In this document: positions 43,567-53,727 of the stretch, piece after piece
How positions within the stretch are numbered: position 1 is the first letter of the stretch
Layout: each line of letters begins with the position of its first letter
Sequence record: ON075799
Source of the DNA: Escherichia phage vB_EcoM_TH18
DNA length: 64,000 bases
Reading direction: 5' to 3' (one strand)
Program-made: the position numbers and the translations under genes
The notes under the pieces: model-generated
What the model saw: the letters and a program-made list of their open reading frames with translations, nothing else
The model's database searches: none
Told to the model about the DNA's origin: nothing

Positions 43567-44623
43567 TCACCGTTGTGTTAACACGATAGTCTGTGTTGGA
43601 CATTTCTTGGTTAGCCGTCTGCTGCAATGCAGGATTCATCCATACTTGCATTAACGGTAAAGGGTCTTTGGAAGGAGGGTTGAAGTCCCTATCAAATCCA
43701 AAATGGTCATAGATAGGAGCACAATTATAATCAACCCACTCTTTCAGCAATGATTCGTTAAGGCCAATGATTGCCCTACCATCACTGAAGATATAGTGAC
43801 TCCAACTATACTCTTTAAATCTAACTTCGTCAAGAATTTCTTTCAATTCATGTTTGATGGCATTAAAGCTGTTCAACCATACAGGATCTTCTAACAGAAT
43901 TTCAATAATTGCAAAGTCGTTTTTTGTATGGAGAATCTCATCAAGCATTATTTTTTGCACAAGCTGTGCAACTTGAACAAAAATCCCCTGTTCCGCTAGA
44001 GCAAATGTGCACGCAAAACTGGATATGAACTCTATGGCCTCTAGGCCAAGCAGAGCAAACATAGCTCTCAGAATACCTCTACGGATATCTTCTTTATCTA
44101 TAGAAGCAGGATCCAGTCTGTATTTAGCACCAAGAACTTCTAGTTCACGCATATATTTGACAATGACACCAGATCTGTTTAAAACTTCTTGGTTGTTTTG
44201 TACTTCTTCAATAATTTCTCGTGCATTTGGCAAACACTGTCTGACAATTTCTGAGTATGTCAAAGCATGAAGCACTTCGATTTCTGCCTGTTTCATCATC
44301 AAAGCGTATAATTCACTGTTTGTGATGAATGGGGCAAATAAACAGATAATTGATTGCGCTGCAACACTATCAGCTTCCCATTGCCACATCAAAGTTTGCA
44401 CCATAACATCATAGGTTGATTTACTGCATGTAGCAAAATCTGAAATTGATTGTACTAAATCAACTTCGTCTTCTGACCAGTCTTGCTCTTTTTGTTTTTT
44501 ATACAAATCGAAAAGTTTTGGGTATTTTTTATTAATGGAGTCATACATCCCCATCTGCTGACCAAGAAACAGAGGGTAATCCCCAGTTTTATGTGCTGTG
44601 TTTTCTGTATTGAATAATGCCAT
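43535..44623 (-). CDS. nrdB: ribonucleotide reductase small subunit (class Ia beta)
   Basis: 362 aa, immediately downstream of nrdA, with Glu/His-containing helices typical of a di-iron site. Confidence 0.8.
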   Translation of the reverse strand: MALFNTENTAHKTGDYPLFLGQQMGMYDSINKKYPKLFDLYKKQKEQDWSEDEVDLVQSISDFATCSKSTYDVMVQTLMWQWEADSVAAQSIICLFAPFITNSELYALMMKQAEIEVLHALTYSEIVRQCLPNAREIIEEVQNNQEVLNRSGVIVKYMRELEVLGAKYRLDPASIDKEDIRRGILRAMFALLGLEAIEFISSFACTFALAEQGIFVQVAQLVQKIMLDEILHTKNDFAIIEILLEDPVWLNSFNAIKHELKEILDEVRFKEYSWSHYIFSDGRAIIGLNESLLKEWVDYNCAPIYDHFGFDRDFNPPSKDPLPLMQVWMNPALQQTANQEMSNTDYRVNTTVNDAEEEIWDF

Positions 44624-44663
44624 TTAAACCTCGATGAAAAAGGGGCTTTCGCCCCTTAATAAA

Positions 44664-46979
44664 TTACAATGCACAACTCTCGCAGTACGGATCTTCAACT
44701 GAACTGTCTGCAATCAAAGGATAGTTCTTTTTAGTTTCTTCCTCAGCTTGTCTCTTCGCGTGAAGTTCCGCTGTCAAGGAATCACCAGCACCAACCTTAG
44801 AATTTAGATAGTACCACGTTTTCATACCCACTTTTGTTGCTTTGATAAGATACCCTAGCTGCTCTTTCATAGAAATCTTACCATCTTTTTGTTTGGTGTA
44901 ATCAAGGTAGAGATCTGCACTGATCGTCTGCCCAGTAAATTTCTGGAATAGAGCATAGATATCTATCATGTCATTTGTTGGTGTATCCCAAGCAGATGTG
45001 TAGTAATCTTTTAATTCTTCATAATCAGGGACAATAAAAAGAACCTGACCTTGAGGTGATTTTTTAAAGATCACATGATCACGAACAGGGTATATACCAT
45101 TTGTTGTGTTTGTTGCCAAAGACGAACTTTCGTTCGGCATGTAGGCTTCCAGCACACTGTTCCTTATTCCACCAAAATCAATAATCTCCTTGCGTAATGA
45201 CTCCCAATCCTGTTTGAGTGTGGGATCCTCCACCACACTATCAATCGCCTTATTATAGGTATCGATCGGTAGCCAGCCAGACGGGTATTTTGTTTTACCA
45301 ATCCACTCACAAACACCACGTTCTTTAGCTAACCGCAGACTTGCCTTATGAAGGCTGTAGCTGTGCAATTCAGCTAAATCATGTACCAACTGTTTGCTCT
45401 CAGGAGAACCATAAGGAACTCTATGTGTCGCAATATAATGTGCCACGTTTGTGATGCCAACACCAATAGACCTGCGTTTTTTAACTGTACTCTCCATATT
45501 TTCATACGGATAGGTCATGATATCCATCACGTTGTCAATCATGAGTACGGTATAGTATGCCACATCTTCATATTCTTCTGGTTTAACTCTGCCAGCAACC
45601 AACGAGGCCAAGAAGCACAAAGCAACTTCACCATCTTCAGCATCATACTTGAAGAGGTTACGCATATCTGAATAACCTTTTGTTGGGAGTGATATCTCAC
45701 AACACAGATTGCTTGAATAAATAATTTCCTTAAATGGGGTGTGTCTATTCATCTCGTCAGTCCAGTAAACATAAAGTCTACCAGTTTCTGTACGCTGGGT
45801 AATTATCTCTATTGCCAAATCTCTTGCCTTAATCCAAGTTTTTGGAATAGAAGCATCTTTGGCAATCTTATCAACTTCAGAGTCAAACTCCTCCATTGTC
45901 ATAGTGAACATCCCATCATGGAGTTGTGGGGCATCTTTATAAGATACCAGCATCCAATCCAAGTTTTTCGCAACACGATTGACAAAAGATTTGTTAATAC
46001 CAACGGAATAATCCATTGTGTTAATTCGCTTAGATGTCACAGTCATAGGGTTACGTAAGCGAATTAATTCATCAATTTGTGGATCAAGAGCTAAGAAAGA
46101 AACTGTTGCTGAACCACCTCTGGACTGTTGCCTATTCTCTTTTACCCCAGCATCAATACCACGATAGTAAGGTAGTTTGCCCATATGCTTGATTGTGTTC
46201 CCTCTAACACCATCACCAATAGAGCGAGATGCTAGATAATAACCAATACCAGCTTGATTAACAGTCATCGTATATGCAACTTCTCGTGCAACACCGATGG
46301 ATTTAGCTGTATCGTCTGCCTTGATTACACAACATGAAGCATATCCTGTTTTTCCGGTACGAAGCCCGTTAAGGTATGGTGTCGGGGCGTTAATCTTAAG
46401 ATCAGACAAATATGTGTACAATTTTGTCACATCTTTAATACGACGAGCCTTGGGCATATTCTTCATAACTGCCATTGCCATCCCCATAAACATCATCTGC
46501 GGGGATTCAAAAAGGATGTCATTAACAGCGTCCTTAATACCGTACTTATCACGGAACTGTTTCAATACAGCATACCCATAAGACAGGTCTTTACTATGGT
46601 CGATAACAGCTTCTAATGCTGTTAGTTCCAAACCTGTGTATTTCATATCTTCCCAATAGCCTGAATCAACCATACGGTGATAGAAATTTGGCAAACTAGG
46701 AATTTTTGTGAACCCACCAAAGGCTTCTTTATAAATCTGCCCGACTAAAACTCTACCAGCCATCCGTGCATGTGCTTCATCTTTACGGCTAATACACGCA
46801 TCTATAATAGCTTGGTTAACTTCTTTTGTTGTGCAACCATCATATAATCTTCTATATGCGTCAAGAGCAATGTGTGACCAGTTGCCGTTGCCATCATCAC
46901 CAAAAATGGCAGCTTTGTTAAGACGCTCAGGATCGAACACTACCTCTGACCCATCGCTTTTAATAACTTTAGTAATCAA
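44664..46979 (-). CDS. nrdA: ribonucleotide reductase large subunit (class Ia alpha)
   Basis: 771 aa; N-terminal ATP-cone-like start (VIKSDGSEVVFDPERL), NxCxE-like active-site segment (SNLCCEIS). Confidence 0.85.
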   Translation of the reverse strand: MITKVIKSDGSEVVFDPERLNKAAIFGDDGNGNWSHIALDAYRRLYDGCTTKEVNQAIIDACISRKDEAHARMAGRVLVGQIYKEAFGGFTKIPSLPNFYHRMVDSGYWEDMKYTGLELTALEAVIDHSKDLSYGYAVLKQFRDKYGIKDAVNDILFESPQMMFMGMAMAVMKNMPKARRIKDVTKLYTYLSDLKINAPTPYLNGLRTGKTGYASCCVIKADDTAKSIGVAREVAYTMTVNQAGIGYYLASRSIGDGVRGNTIKHMGKLPYYRGIDAGVKENRQQSRGGSATVSFLALDPQIDELIRLRNPMTVTSKRINTMDYSVGINKSFVNRVAKNLDWMLVSYKDAPQLHDGMFTMTMEEFDSEVDKIAKDASIPKTWIKARDLAIEIITQRTETGRLYVYWTDEMNRHTPFKEIIYSSNLCCEISLPTKGYSDMRNLFKYDAEDGEVALCFLASLVAGRVKPEEYEDVAYYTVLMIDNVMDIMTYPYENMESTVKKRRSIGVGITNVAHYIATHRVPYGSPESKQLVHDLAELHSYSLHKASLRLAKERGVCEWIGKTKYPSGWLPIDTYNKAIDSVVEDPTLKQDWESLRKEIIDFGGIRNSVLEAYMPNESSSLATNTTNGIYPVRDHVIFKKSPQGQVLFIVPDYEELKDYYTSAWDTPTNDMIDIYALFQKFTGQTISADLYLDYTKQKDGKISMKEQLGYLIKATKVGMKTWYYLNSKVGAGDSLTAELHAKRQAEEETKKNYPLIADSSVEDPYCESCAL

Positions 46980-47254
46980 ACATTCTCCTTCTCTTCTACA
47001 TCATATCTAGCCAAAAATAAAGCAGCTTCATCATTAAGATCTTCTTTTAAAGAGTCTCTATCATCTGCAAGGATATTAATTACTTTTCCTGTGTATGCGT
47101 CATAATAAACATCATCATACATCTTGCTATCATCTGTAAGATCATTAAAATATAACCACCCAGCATAATGATATTTATCATCAAAACCGCGATCTTTCCA
47201 TTTGGTCTTTTCTCGTGCCATTAATCCCCCAGACCAAACATATCGCCAAGCCAT
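46976..47254 (-). CDS. hypothetical protein (92 aa)
   Basis: ORF coupled to nrdA. Confidence 0.45.
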   Translation of the reverse strand: MAWRYVWSGGLMAREKTKWKDRGFDDKYHYAGWLYFNDLTDDSKMYDDVYYDAYTGKVINILADDRDSLKEDLNDEAALFLARYDVEEKENV

Positions 47255-47697
47255 GATTCATCTTTAGAATCAAAGTTAATATCTAAACTCTGCTTTCTTT
47301 CTCCACGCTTTGTGTATTTTCTGACATTGACTTTTTCTGTCACAGGAAGATCATACGGAAGATCAATAACAAATTCCATATCCTTTTCTGAATACATTTC
47401 TACATCAAGAATATCTATGCCATTATAAATTCCTGCGTATGGATAATCATTCCTCATATCACCTACAAAAATTGTTGTTTTTCTATAGGTTGATGGGTAG
47501 TTGGCACAACGAACATTCTTGTTGTGTAGCATTGTAATATGTTTAGGAAGTCCATCAGCATCACTGACTTGGAATCCAATAGCATACAACGCAGCACGAA
47601 GTTGATTTTCTTCTTTAATATTAAAACCGGGGATTGTGCGAAGAAAGTCCAGCGTCACAGAAATATGCTGTGTAGGTTTACGTTTTGTTTTTTTCAT
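47221..47697 (-). CDS. hypothetical protein (158 aa)
   Basis: ORF; promoter-like TTGACA-17-TATTAT upstream at about 47750-47785 on the minus strand. Confidence 0.5.
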   Translation of the reverse strand: MKKTKRKPTQHISVTLDFLRTIPGFNIKEENQLRAALYAIGFQVSDADGLPKHITMLHNKNVRCANYPSTYRKTTIFVGDMRNDYPYAGIYNGIDILDVEMYSEKDMEFVIDLPYDLPVTEKVNVRKYTKRGERKQSLDINFDSKDESWLGDMFGLGD

Positions 47698-47781
47698 ATA
47701 TTCTCCACCACATTTGCAAACTAGGGGACAAATAGCCCCCTATACATCATGCAAACATAATATGTATTTTTATTAAATTTG

Positions 47782-49671
47782 TCAACCTGCCACAACATTG
47801 TTGGGAACTAGTTGGCGGTATTGTACCCACCCACGTAGATTTCCTGACCACATGTTTCCCTTTCTATCCATATGCGTCACGCCGTCACTTGCCTGTCCAT
47901 CCCACCACAATGAAGCCTCATTCTCCAACATAGGTGTTGCAACATGCTCAAAAGGAGAGGCGTGTACCTTATCACCACTTGTTAACTTTTTATAGATATC
48001 AAGGGCTTTATCCTTAGTGTTGTTAAGCACGCGATAAGAGACTTGTGCACAACAAGACACAGAAATAGCAATTGCCTCATCAACACGTAGCATCACAGGT
48101 TCGTTGTTTTCGTCTAAAACACAATACCCCTGAAATTCTCCAACACCCTCACCAACCTCAACTGTGTAGAGGTGCGCTACATATGGGGTGTGCCACTGCC
48201 CAGGTTCTAATGGTTCAGGTACAGACTCATCCACAGCTTGTTTCATGAGAGATGCTAGTTTATGGATCGTCGGGTCCGCATCTCCATCTTCGCGCAGATG
48301 GAAAAAATTATTCCAATCCGTAGCAGTAACAACAGTTTTCATCCTCTGGAACGGTTCCAGTAAGCGATTTGCCACCTGCTTGTGGTATCCAGCTTGTGAG
48401 TATGCTTCGGCAAAACGTGATGCACTTAAAGCCGCCAATTGCCACCAATCCTCTGGGGAATATCCAGCATCTATTTCAGCATTGTGATTACCATCATCTT
48501 GCATACCAGGTTTATTCTTACCAAATTGAACAGGCATGGCAGGATTTTTTCGTACTTGCTCAATCATCTTAGAGATTGGAATTGCTCTGCTACTCATGGC
48601 ATTCCTGCTAAACAGTCTATGCGTCATAAGTTCACAGTTCCCACTGATAAATACGACACCTTCCCTTCGAACAACCACGTAGGAGGTGTCTACACTTACA
48701 CAATACACCTTCCCTACATAGTCCTCATACTCGAAGATATCTTTATCCTGCCTTAGACTAATGTAGTTCGTAACTTTAAATGAGCATTTATACAGAGAGC
48801 CATACTTACGAATATTCACAGAGTCACCATTCAGGTGAGCTAACACCTGAATTTGGTTAATCAGTGTTTTGGATGTGGTGTTATACTCCATGTTGTCAAT
48901 ATTGCCGTCTGAGAGTAGCAATGCTCTCTTAAATAAGCGGTACTGCTCCTTATTTAACCCTCTGATATATTTTGGTAATTTTTTCTCCCCTTCTCCAGTG
49001 TAACATGCTTCTGTTAATGGGTTTTTATTAAAACTGATAACTATATCGTCCCCATATATAGAGGTGCTATATTCGTATCCACACTCTTCAAGGATACGTG
49101 TAACTTCCTGTACCTTCCGAGACTTTTTAAAGTGGAAGTTTGCCTTATTCCCCTTTTCTGGGGTATGCCCATCAGCAGCAAACCAAACACAAAATTCAAT
49201 CTCCGCATCAGAAAGGTCACACTTTGCATCCATTACCCCAGACTGCTCGATACGTAATGTTCCATAGTCTCCTACAAGTTCCTCAGCAAGAATCGTCTTA
49301 CTTACAAATTTACCCCCAGTGGTCCTTTTTTTTTTCGTAAGGACTCGATGCTTGTCTGTAACAAGCATGGGGAACTTCTTCTTGTTCAGAGATACCATCC
49401 GATGACGACCTTCGTTCTCTATGTGTGCGGATGGGGTTACAAAGCTAATAGCTCCTGTTGTATCATCATACTGTGCTACCTTAGCATTGAGTGCAAATAC
49501 TTCCCTGAAAGATCTGAACTCTGGCAATTCCGAGTTAATCTGACTGAGTATCTCTGTCTTCTCGTCAAAGCAGTGAATAATGCGAGGGTATTCCAACTCA
49601 AAAGTGGTAATTCTGATACCTTGTGGGGAAATACTGTCAGCTACGATATGTACAGAAATCTGATTATTCAT
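47782..49671 (-). CDS. thyX: flavin-dependent thymidylate synthase (ThyX)-like protein interrupted by an intein
   Basis: C-extein begins CELMTHRLFSRNAMSSR, matching the ThyX HRxxSxNxxSxR signature; 629-aa precursor. Confidence 0.55.
   Translation of the reverse strand: MNNQISVHIVADSISPQGIRITTFELEYPRIIHCFDEKTEILSQINSELPEFRSFREVFALNAKVAQYDDTTGAISFVTPSAHIENEGRHRMVSLNKKKFPMLVTDKHRVLTKKKRTTGGKFVSKTILAEELVGDYGTLRIEQSGVMDAKCDLSDAEIEFCVWFAADGHTPEKGNKANFHFKKSRKVQEVTRILEECGYEYSTSIYGDDIVISFNKNPLTEACYTGEGEKKLPKYIRGLNKEQYRLFKRALLLSDGNIDNMEYNTTSKTLINQIQVLAHLNGDSVNIRKYGSLYKCSFKVTNYISLRQDKDIFEYEDYVGKVYCVSVDTSYVVVRREGVVFISGNCELMTHRLFSRNAMSSRAIPISKMIEQVRKNPAMPVQFGKNKPGMQDDGNHNAEIDAGYSPEDWWQLAALSASRFAEAYSQAGYHKQVANRLLEPFQRMKTVVTATDWNNFFHLREDGDADPTIHKLASLMKQAVDESVPEPLEPGQWHTPYVAHLYTVEVGEGVGEFQGYCVLDENNEPVMLRVDEAIAISVSCCAQVSYRVLNNTKDKALDIYKKLTSGDKVHASPFEHVATPMLENEASLWWDGQASDGVTHMDRKGNMWSGNLRGWVQYRQLVPNNVVAG
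48637..49572 (-). mobile_element. intein with LAGLIDADG homing-endonuclease domain (about 312 aa) inside the thyX-like gene
   Basis: N-terminal Cys (CFDEKTEIL), TxxH block (LVTDKHRVLT), two LAGLIDADG-like motifs (FCVWFAADGHT; RALLLSDGNID), C-terminal ...FISGN then Cys. Confidence 0.6.
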
Positions 49672-49991
49672 TATAAAGCCCCTTCCAGTTTCTTTAGAAA
49701 GTCATCTTTAAAACTATCTACCAGTTTCATATATTCTTCTGCAATCATATCCTCAATAATCCCACGGCGTTCAGAATATTTTTTATCGAAGGAGATCATT
49801 TCTTCGATTTCTTCTGCGGTGAAGATTTTTAAGTGCATATCGTTAATAATTTTAGTAACAAATTCCTCTGTGATACCCAGATCTTCAATTGTGATCCCTG
49901 TTCCTTCAAGGCCAAGGATAGGGATGATTTTACCTGCACGAGCAATCATTTCAGTCTTAAGGTATTCAAAAGATTCTTTTTTCAACATCAT
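49671..49991 (-). CDS. hypothetical protein (106 aa)
   Basis: ORF only. Confidence 0.45.
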   Translation of the reverse strand: MMLKKESFEYLKTEMIARAGKIIPILGLEGTGITIEDLGITEEFVTKIINDMHLKIFTAEEIEEMISFDKKYSERRGIIEDMIAEEYMKLVDSFKDDFLKKLEGAL

Positions 49992-50185
49992 CTTCCTCTC
50001 TTTTTTATCTTGAACTTTGTTTGTGGATCCATGCCAGCTTTAAAAACAAGATATCTTGTAAGAATATCGTTACACATATCGCTGGTAGCTTTAAAAGATA
50101 TTAAGAAGTCTCCACTCTCTGTGAAAACTTCTACCCAATCTCCATATTTTACTACAAAATCACCTTTTGTGCATCGTCTAATCAT
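49988..50185 (-). CDS. hypothetical protein (65 aa)
   Basis: ORF only. Confidence 0.4.
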   Translation of the reverse strand: MIRRCTKGDFVVKYGDWVEVFTESGDFLISFKATSDMCNDILTRYLVFKAGMDPQTKFKIKKRGR

Positions 50186-50787
50186 GCTATATCTAAAACA
50201 AAATCACGTATTGTATACCAATCATCTGTTTCAAGGTCTAGGGATGTCTTTAATTCTTCAGACTGATCGTAAGGTGTTTTAAATTTAATTTTAATAACCT
50301 CTGGACCAAACTGATTAAGGAACTCATTCCTATCATCAATAATAACATCAACATCTACCCCAGCTTTATGCTTTGTTGCATAGAAAGCATGACCGGAACC
50401 AGGCTCTAGGCTGAAAAACTCTTCTGTTTCTCTTTTTAGAAAGCGCACTTTAGATGAAAAATGACCTTTCATGCAATAAGAGACAAAATGATTAAAATGA
50501 CCAGCTTTAGCCCATGCAGCCACGGCTTCCACTGCACCGGGGAGAGGTTTCAACTTATCGTAAAGATAAGGATCCTCCCAAAATTCATAAGGACTAAGCT
50601 GATGCACCTTCGCAGGTGGGAAATACTTAGAAACATTGTAATACAGCATACCTTGTGGATTAGGTGGTGGTAATGATAAATCCATTTTAACACCATAAAC
50701 CTTTTCCAACCACTCAATCCAAGGTGTTCCAGAGTCAACAAATGTCAAATCCACATCAATTCCGATCTTAAGCCTGTTCATCCTCAC
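50182..50787 (-). CDS. HAD-family 5'(3')-deoxyribonucleotidase-like hydrolase
   Basis: N-terminal DxDxT motif (IGIDVDLTF); 201 aa. Confidence 0.55.
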   Translation of the reverse strand: MRMNRLKIGIDVDLTFVDSGTPWIEWLEKVYGVKMDLSLPPPNPQGMLYYNVSKYFPPAKVHQLSPYEFWEDPYLYDKLKPLPGAVEAVAAWAKAGHFNHFVSYCMKGHFSSKVRFLKRETEEFFSLEPGSGHAFYATKHKAGVDVDVIIDDRNEFLNQFGPEVIKIKFKTPYDQSEELKTSLDLETDDWYTIRDFVLDIA

Positions 50788-51392
50788 TTCACCTCACCAA
50801 GACCAGTTACTGAAAAAACGAACCACTTATGGATTGATTTGGCACACTCTTCCATCTTACCATCAATATTCTCGAAATCTCTTTCGTACCCTCGGATCCC
50901 GTCTAAACAGAGCCAATTACGACTATCATTGCCCCAGTCGCAACCTTCTCTGTGAATACGTGCCAAGAAGAATTTACCGCCAGTTTCATAGGCATAGTTG
51001 GAAAGCTCAAGAATCTCTTCTTTAAAACCACCATCTGAAAAAACAACCAACCACGCTTCTTGATAATTTTTCTTTAAGTTCTCTACAGCAGCTTTGCCAA
51101 ATGCATTCTCACCGAAAATTGGTTTAATCACATTCTCTGAACAATGGATCATCCATTCTCGTGGTGAAACATGCTTTCCATCAATTTGCAGGTAAGGGCA
51201 CGGTTTTTCTTTGTATCTACGGTCATAAAGACTGTTCCATAAATCTTTTGAAACTCCAGAAGACCTAACAGCAACTTCAAAAAGCAATTTCTTCACTTCT
51301 TCGTGAAAAACACCAGAAATATTCTCACACAAATAAGAGCAAATAGCGTCTTTTCCAGCACCAGGTGGTGCATTTAAAACAAGAATATGCAT
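50784..51392 (-). CDS. P-loop nucleotide kinase (dNMP kinase-like)
   Basis: Walker A NAPPGAGKD at the N-terminus; 202 aa; nucleotide-metabolism context. Confidence 0.55.
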   Translation of the reverse strand: MHILVLNAPPGAGKDAICSYLCENISGVFHEEVKKLLFEVAVRSSGVSKDLWNSLYDRRYKEKPCPYLQIDGKHVSPREWMIHCSENVIKPIFGENAFGKAAVENLKKNYQEAWLVVFSDGGFKEEILELSNYAYETGGKFFLARIHREGCDWGNDSRNWLCLDGIRGYERDFENIDGKMEECAKSIHKWFVFSVTGLGEVK

Positions 51393-51406
51393 TCAATCTC
51401 CAACAA

Positions 51407-52381
51407 TCAGATGATATTGACAAGAGTATTAGCCATCTCTTCTTTGGTGCGGATATTACGTCTATCACGCATAACAGATCCGCAACATTCGCAACGGTAA
51501 GCCTGGAATTTTGATAAATATGTTGTCCCTACCTTACCATCCATAACTGACAAATTATCAGAATTGCATCTTACGCAACGAAGCCCCACATTATCATCCG
51601 GCTCATTAAAAAGCGTAACGTTAGGATGTTTTTTCATAAAAGGTCTTACTTTAAGGTAAATACCTTCCAGTGTTGGAATATCACCAATATTATAGTACTC
51701 CATTTCCTCAAACGCCTTAACATCTCCGTGGCAGCATCGTTTCCACAAAGAGATCCCTTCGTGGTGTCTTTTACGAGCTTCCAGTTGAAAGTAGTTACAC
51801 GCAGCTTCTAAGGAGTTAGAAGGTAATGAAAAAGCATTCTTTAACTCAGCAAGAGTATCAATAACAATATATGGCGAGGGGGGGTTCATACCATGAAAAG
51901 CAAATCTTTGGTTTGCCCAACCCTTATCAAATTTAGCATTATGTGCAATAAAAATATCACACTCATCCAGAATATGCCACAAATCTTCCACAAGCTCTCT
52001 GTCATTATGGATATCTGTTTTAAATGTTTCGTAGTCAGGTAATTTACGACTTAATATTGCGGGGTTGTCTAACCACTTTCCTGCCCATGTTAACATATAT
52101 GGTTCGCTCTCTACGTGGGACGGAGAGATGTTTTCTTTAACTCTTCTAAAAACCCAAGCCAATGTTGGTGCTACTTCCACATCACCAAGAAAAATCTTTG
52201 CCCCTGGTTTTTTAGTTAGGACTTCGACAATCTGTTTTGATGCCCCAGCATTCTGAGCGTGAGCTTTAAGAACTAACCTGATATGGGACTCTTTGCTTTC
52301 TTTTCCCAGATACCGACGAGCTATTTCTCTGTTGCTCAAGCCTTTAGATTTTAACTCTAGAATTTCTTCTGCACTAAGCAT
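51407..52381 (-). CDS. DEDD-family 3'-5' exonuclease (DnaQ-like) with N-terminal helix-turn-helix and C-terminal zinc ribbon
   Basis: FLGDVEV (Exo I-like), IAHNAKFDKGW (Exo II-like), C-terminal CxxC...CxxC; N-terminal GLSNREIARRYLG. Confidence 0.55.
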   Translation of the reverse strand: MLSAEEILELKSKGLSNREIARRYLGKESKESHIRLVLKAHAQNAGASKQIVEVLTKKPGAKIFLGDVEVAPTLAWVFRRVKENISPSHVESEPYMLTWAGKWLDNPAILSRKLPDYETFKTDIHNDRELVEDLWHILDECDIFIAHNAKFDKGWANQRFAFHGMNPPSPYIVIDTLAELKNAFSLPSNSLEAACNYFQLEARKRHHEGISLWKRCCHGDVKAFEEMEYYNIGDIPTLEGIYLKVRPFMKKHPNVTLFNEPDDNVGLRCVRCNSDNLSVMDGKVGTTYLSKFQAYRCECCGSVMRDRRNIRTKEEMANTLVNII

Positions 52382-52593
52382 TACACCTCTCTAACAAACT
52401 CGATGATATCGTTAACAGCAAAATCACGGACATCACCCTTGTCGATATCGTATGCCCTCATTAACCATTGGGGTTTTTTGTGATAAGGGGTCGTTCCAAA
52501 CCACAATTTTGGGTCTAAAACATTCCTGTACCCACACTTACCTTTCCAGTTTTTATAATAAAAACGTAGAGGGTTATTCAAATCTTCAGCCAA
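52381..52593 (-). CDS. hypothetical protein (70 aa)
   Basis: ORF only. Confidence 0.4.
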   Translation of the reverse strand: MAEDLNNPLRFYYKNWKGKCGYRNVLDPKLWFGTTPYHKKPQWLMRAYDIDKGDVRDFAVNDIIEFVREV

Positions 52594-52873
52594 ACTTCTC
52601 CTCCGTCTGCCTCACAAATTCCTTCAAATACAAGATGATACTATCCTGCTTCTTAGCAGTTGAAGGAATGTCTAATCCAAGGTCTTGTTTTGCTCTTTCG
52701 ATAATCTTTTCATTAGAGCATCTTCTTAAGAATTTTAGCATGTCATCCTTATATGAGGGATGTAATGGGTAACTGCTAAAATCCCTCTCAAGATAATCTG
52801 CAAGGTTTCTTAATGCTGTAGACAAAGATGTTTCTGTGTGAAGTGACACATACTTCATCCAAGCCTTCAACAC
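52586..52873 (-). CDS. hypothetical protein (95 aa)
   Basis: ORF only. Confidence 0.4.
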   Translation of the reverse strand: MLKAWMKYVSLHTETSLSTALRNLADYLERDFSSYPLHPSYKDDMLKFLRRCSNEKIIERAKQDLGLDIPSTAKKQDSIILYLKEFVRQTEEKFG

Positions 52874-53097
52874 GTAACCTTCGAAAGTGTTAACACACTG
52901 ACTAAGGACTCCACGGCATTTTCCTTCAAAATGGTCATGATCAAGACAAGGGTTGCGAAGTGGCTCACCTAAAACAGGATCAAGACCATTCTGGTCTAAG
53001 ATCAGATATTCTCTAAACTCAGCTATTTGCTTAGGATTTTTTAACCAGAGACTATCGTTGAGAGGGACGCTTACTGCTTTCTTCCTTGGCTTACGTT

Positions 53098-53727
53098 TTA
53101 CTTTCTGTTGTTTTTGTCTTTTTCTTGGGATAATTCCTCCAAGAATTTTTTACCTATTAGGTAAGCATCAGCATAATCGGATTTACCAGCAGCCAATGTA
53201 ATACCATCTAACCAACCAGGACAAACACAATCAACAGCTCGTATCATGTGTGATTTTTCCATCTTTACTTTACGAGATGAGTATACCTTTTTCCCAGTCT
53301 TTTTGTCAAGTCTTTCTTTAACTATTTCTCTATCTTTTTCTGGGAGTAAGTTTCTGGCAAAAGACTTTAGAGAAGTTGGTGGTATTTTATGTATATTATC
53401 AAGCCACTCAGGTGATTTATCACATAAGGCATAGACAATGCAATGGAACAAACCTGCCAAATCACGCGTCGCATTCCCTACAGATCCGAAACTCAAATCC
53501 TCCATCACATACTTATCTATCTTGTACTTATCAACTAATTCCAAGATCTTTTGAACTATGTGTCTGATTTGTTCGTAGACTGTATCGTAATAAACGACAT
53601 CTTTATTTTTCTTAGACCTGCTGGAGTTAGATCCTGTTCTAATCATCTCTCTATATATGGGAACACCATGCTCCCATATAACAACAGCGCAGTGGGAGAT
53701 TGACTGGTCAACCGACATCAGTCGCAT
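53098..53727 (-). CDS. hypothetical protein, possible RuvC-like (RNase H fold) nuclease
   Basis: Weak resemblance only (acidic residues spaced as in RuvC-like resolvases); needs a profile search. Confidence 0.3.
   Translation of the reverse strand: MRLMSVDQSISHCAVVIWEHGVPIYREMIRTGSNSSRSKKNKDVVYYDTVYEQIRHIVQKILELVDKYKIDKYVMEDLSFGSVGNATRDLAGLFHCIVYALCDKSPEWLDNIHKIPPTSLKSFARNLLPEKDREIVKERLDKKTGKKVYSSRKVKMEKSHMIRAVDCVCPGWLDGITLAAGKSDYADAYLIGKKFLEELSQEKDKNNRK

Noticed and set aside
45381-46581. Plus-strand ORFs inside nrdA (45381-45671, 45741-46058, 46297-46581) and similar antisense ORFs inside other large genes
   Set aside because: Antisense to a well-supported long coding sequence; typical chance ORFs.
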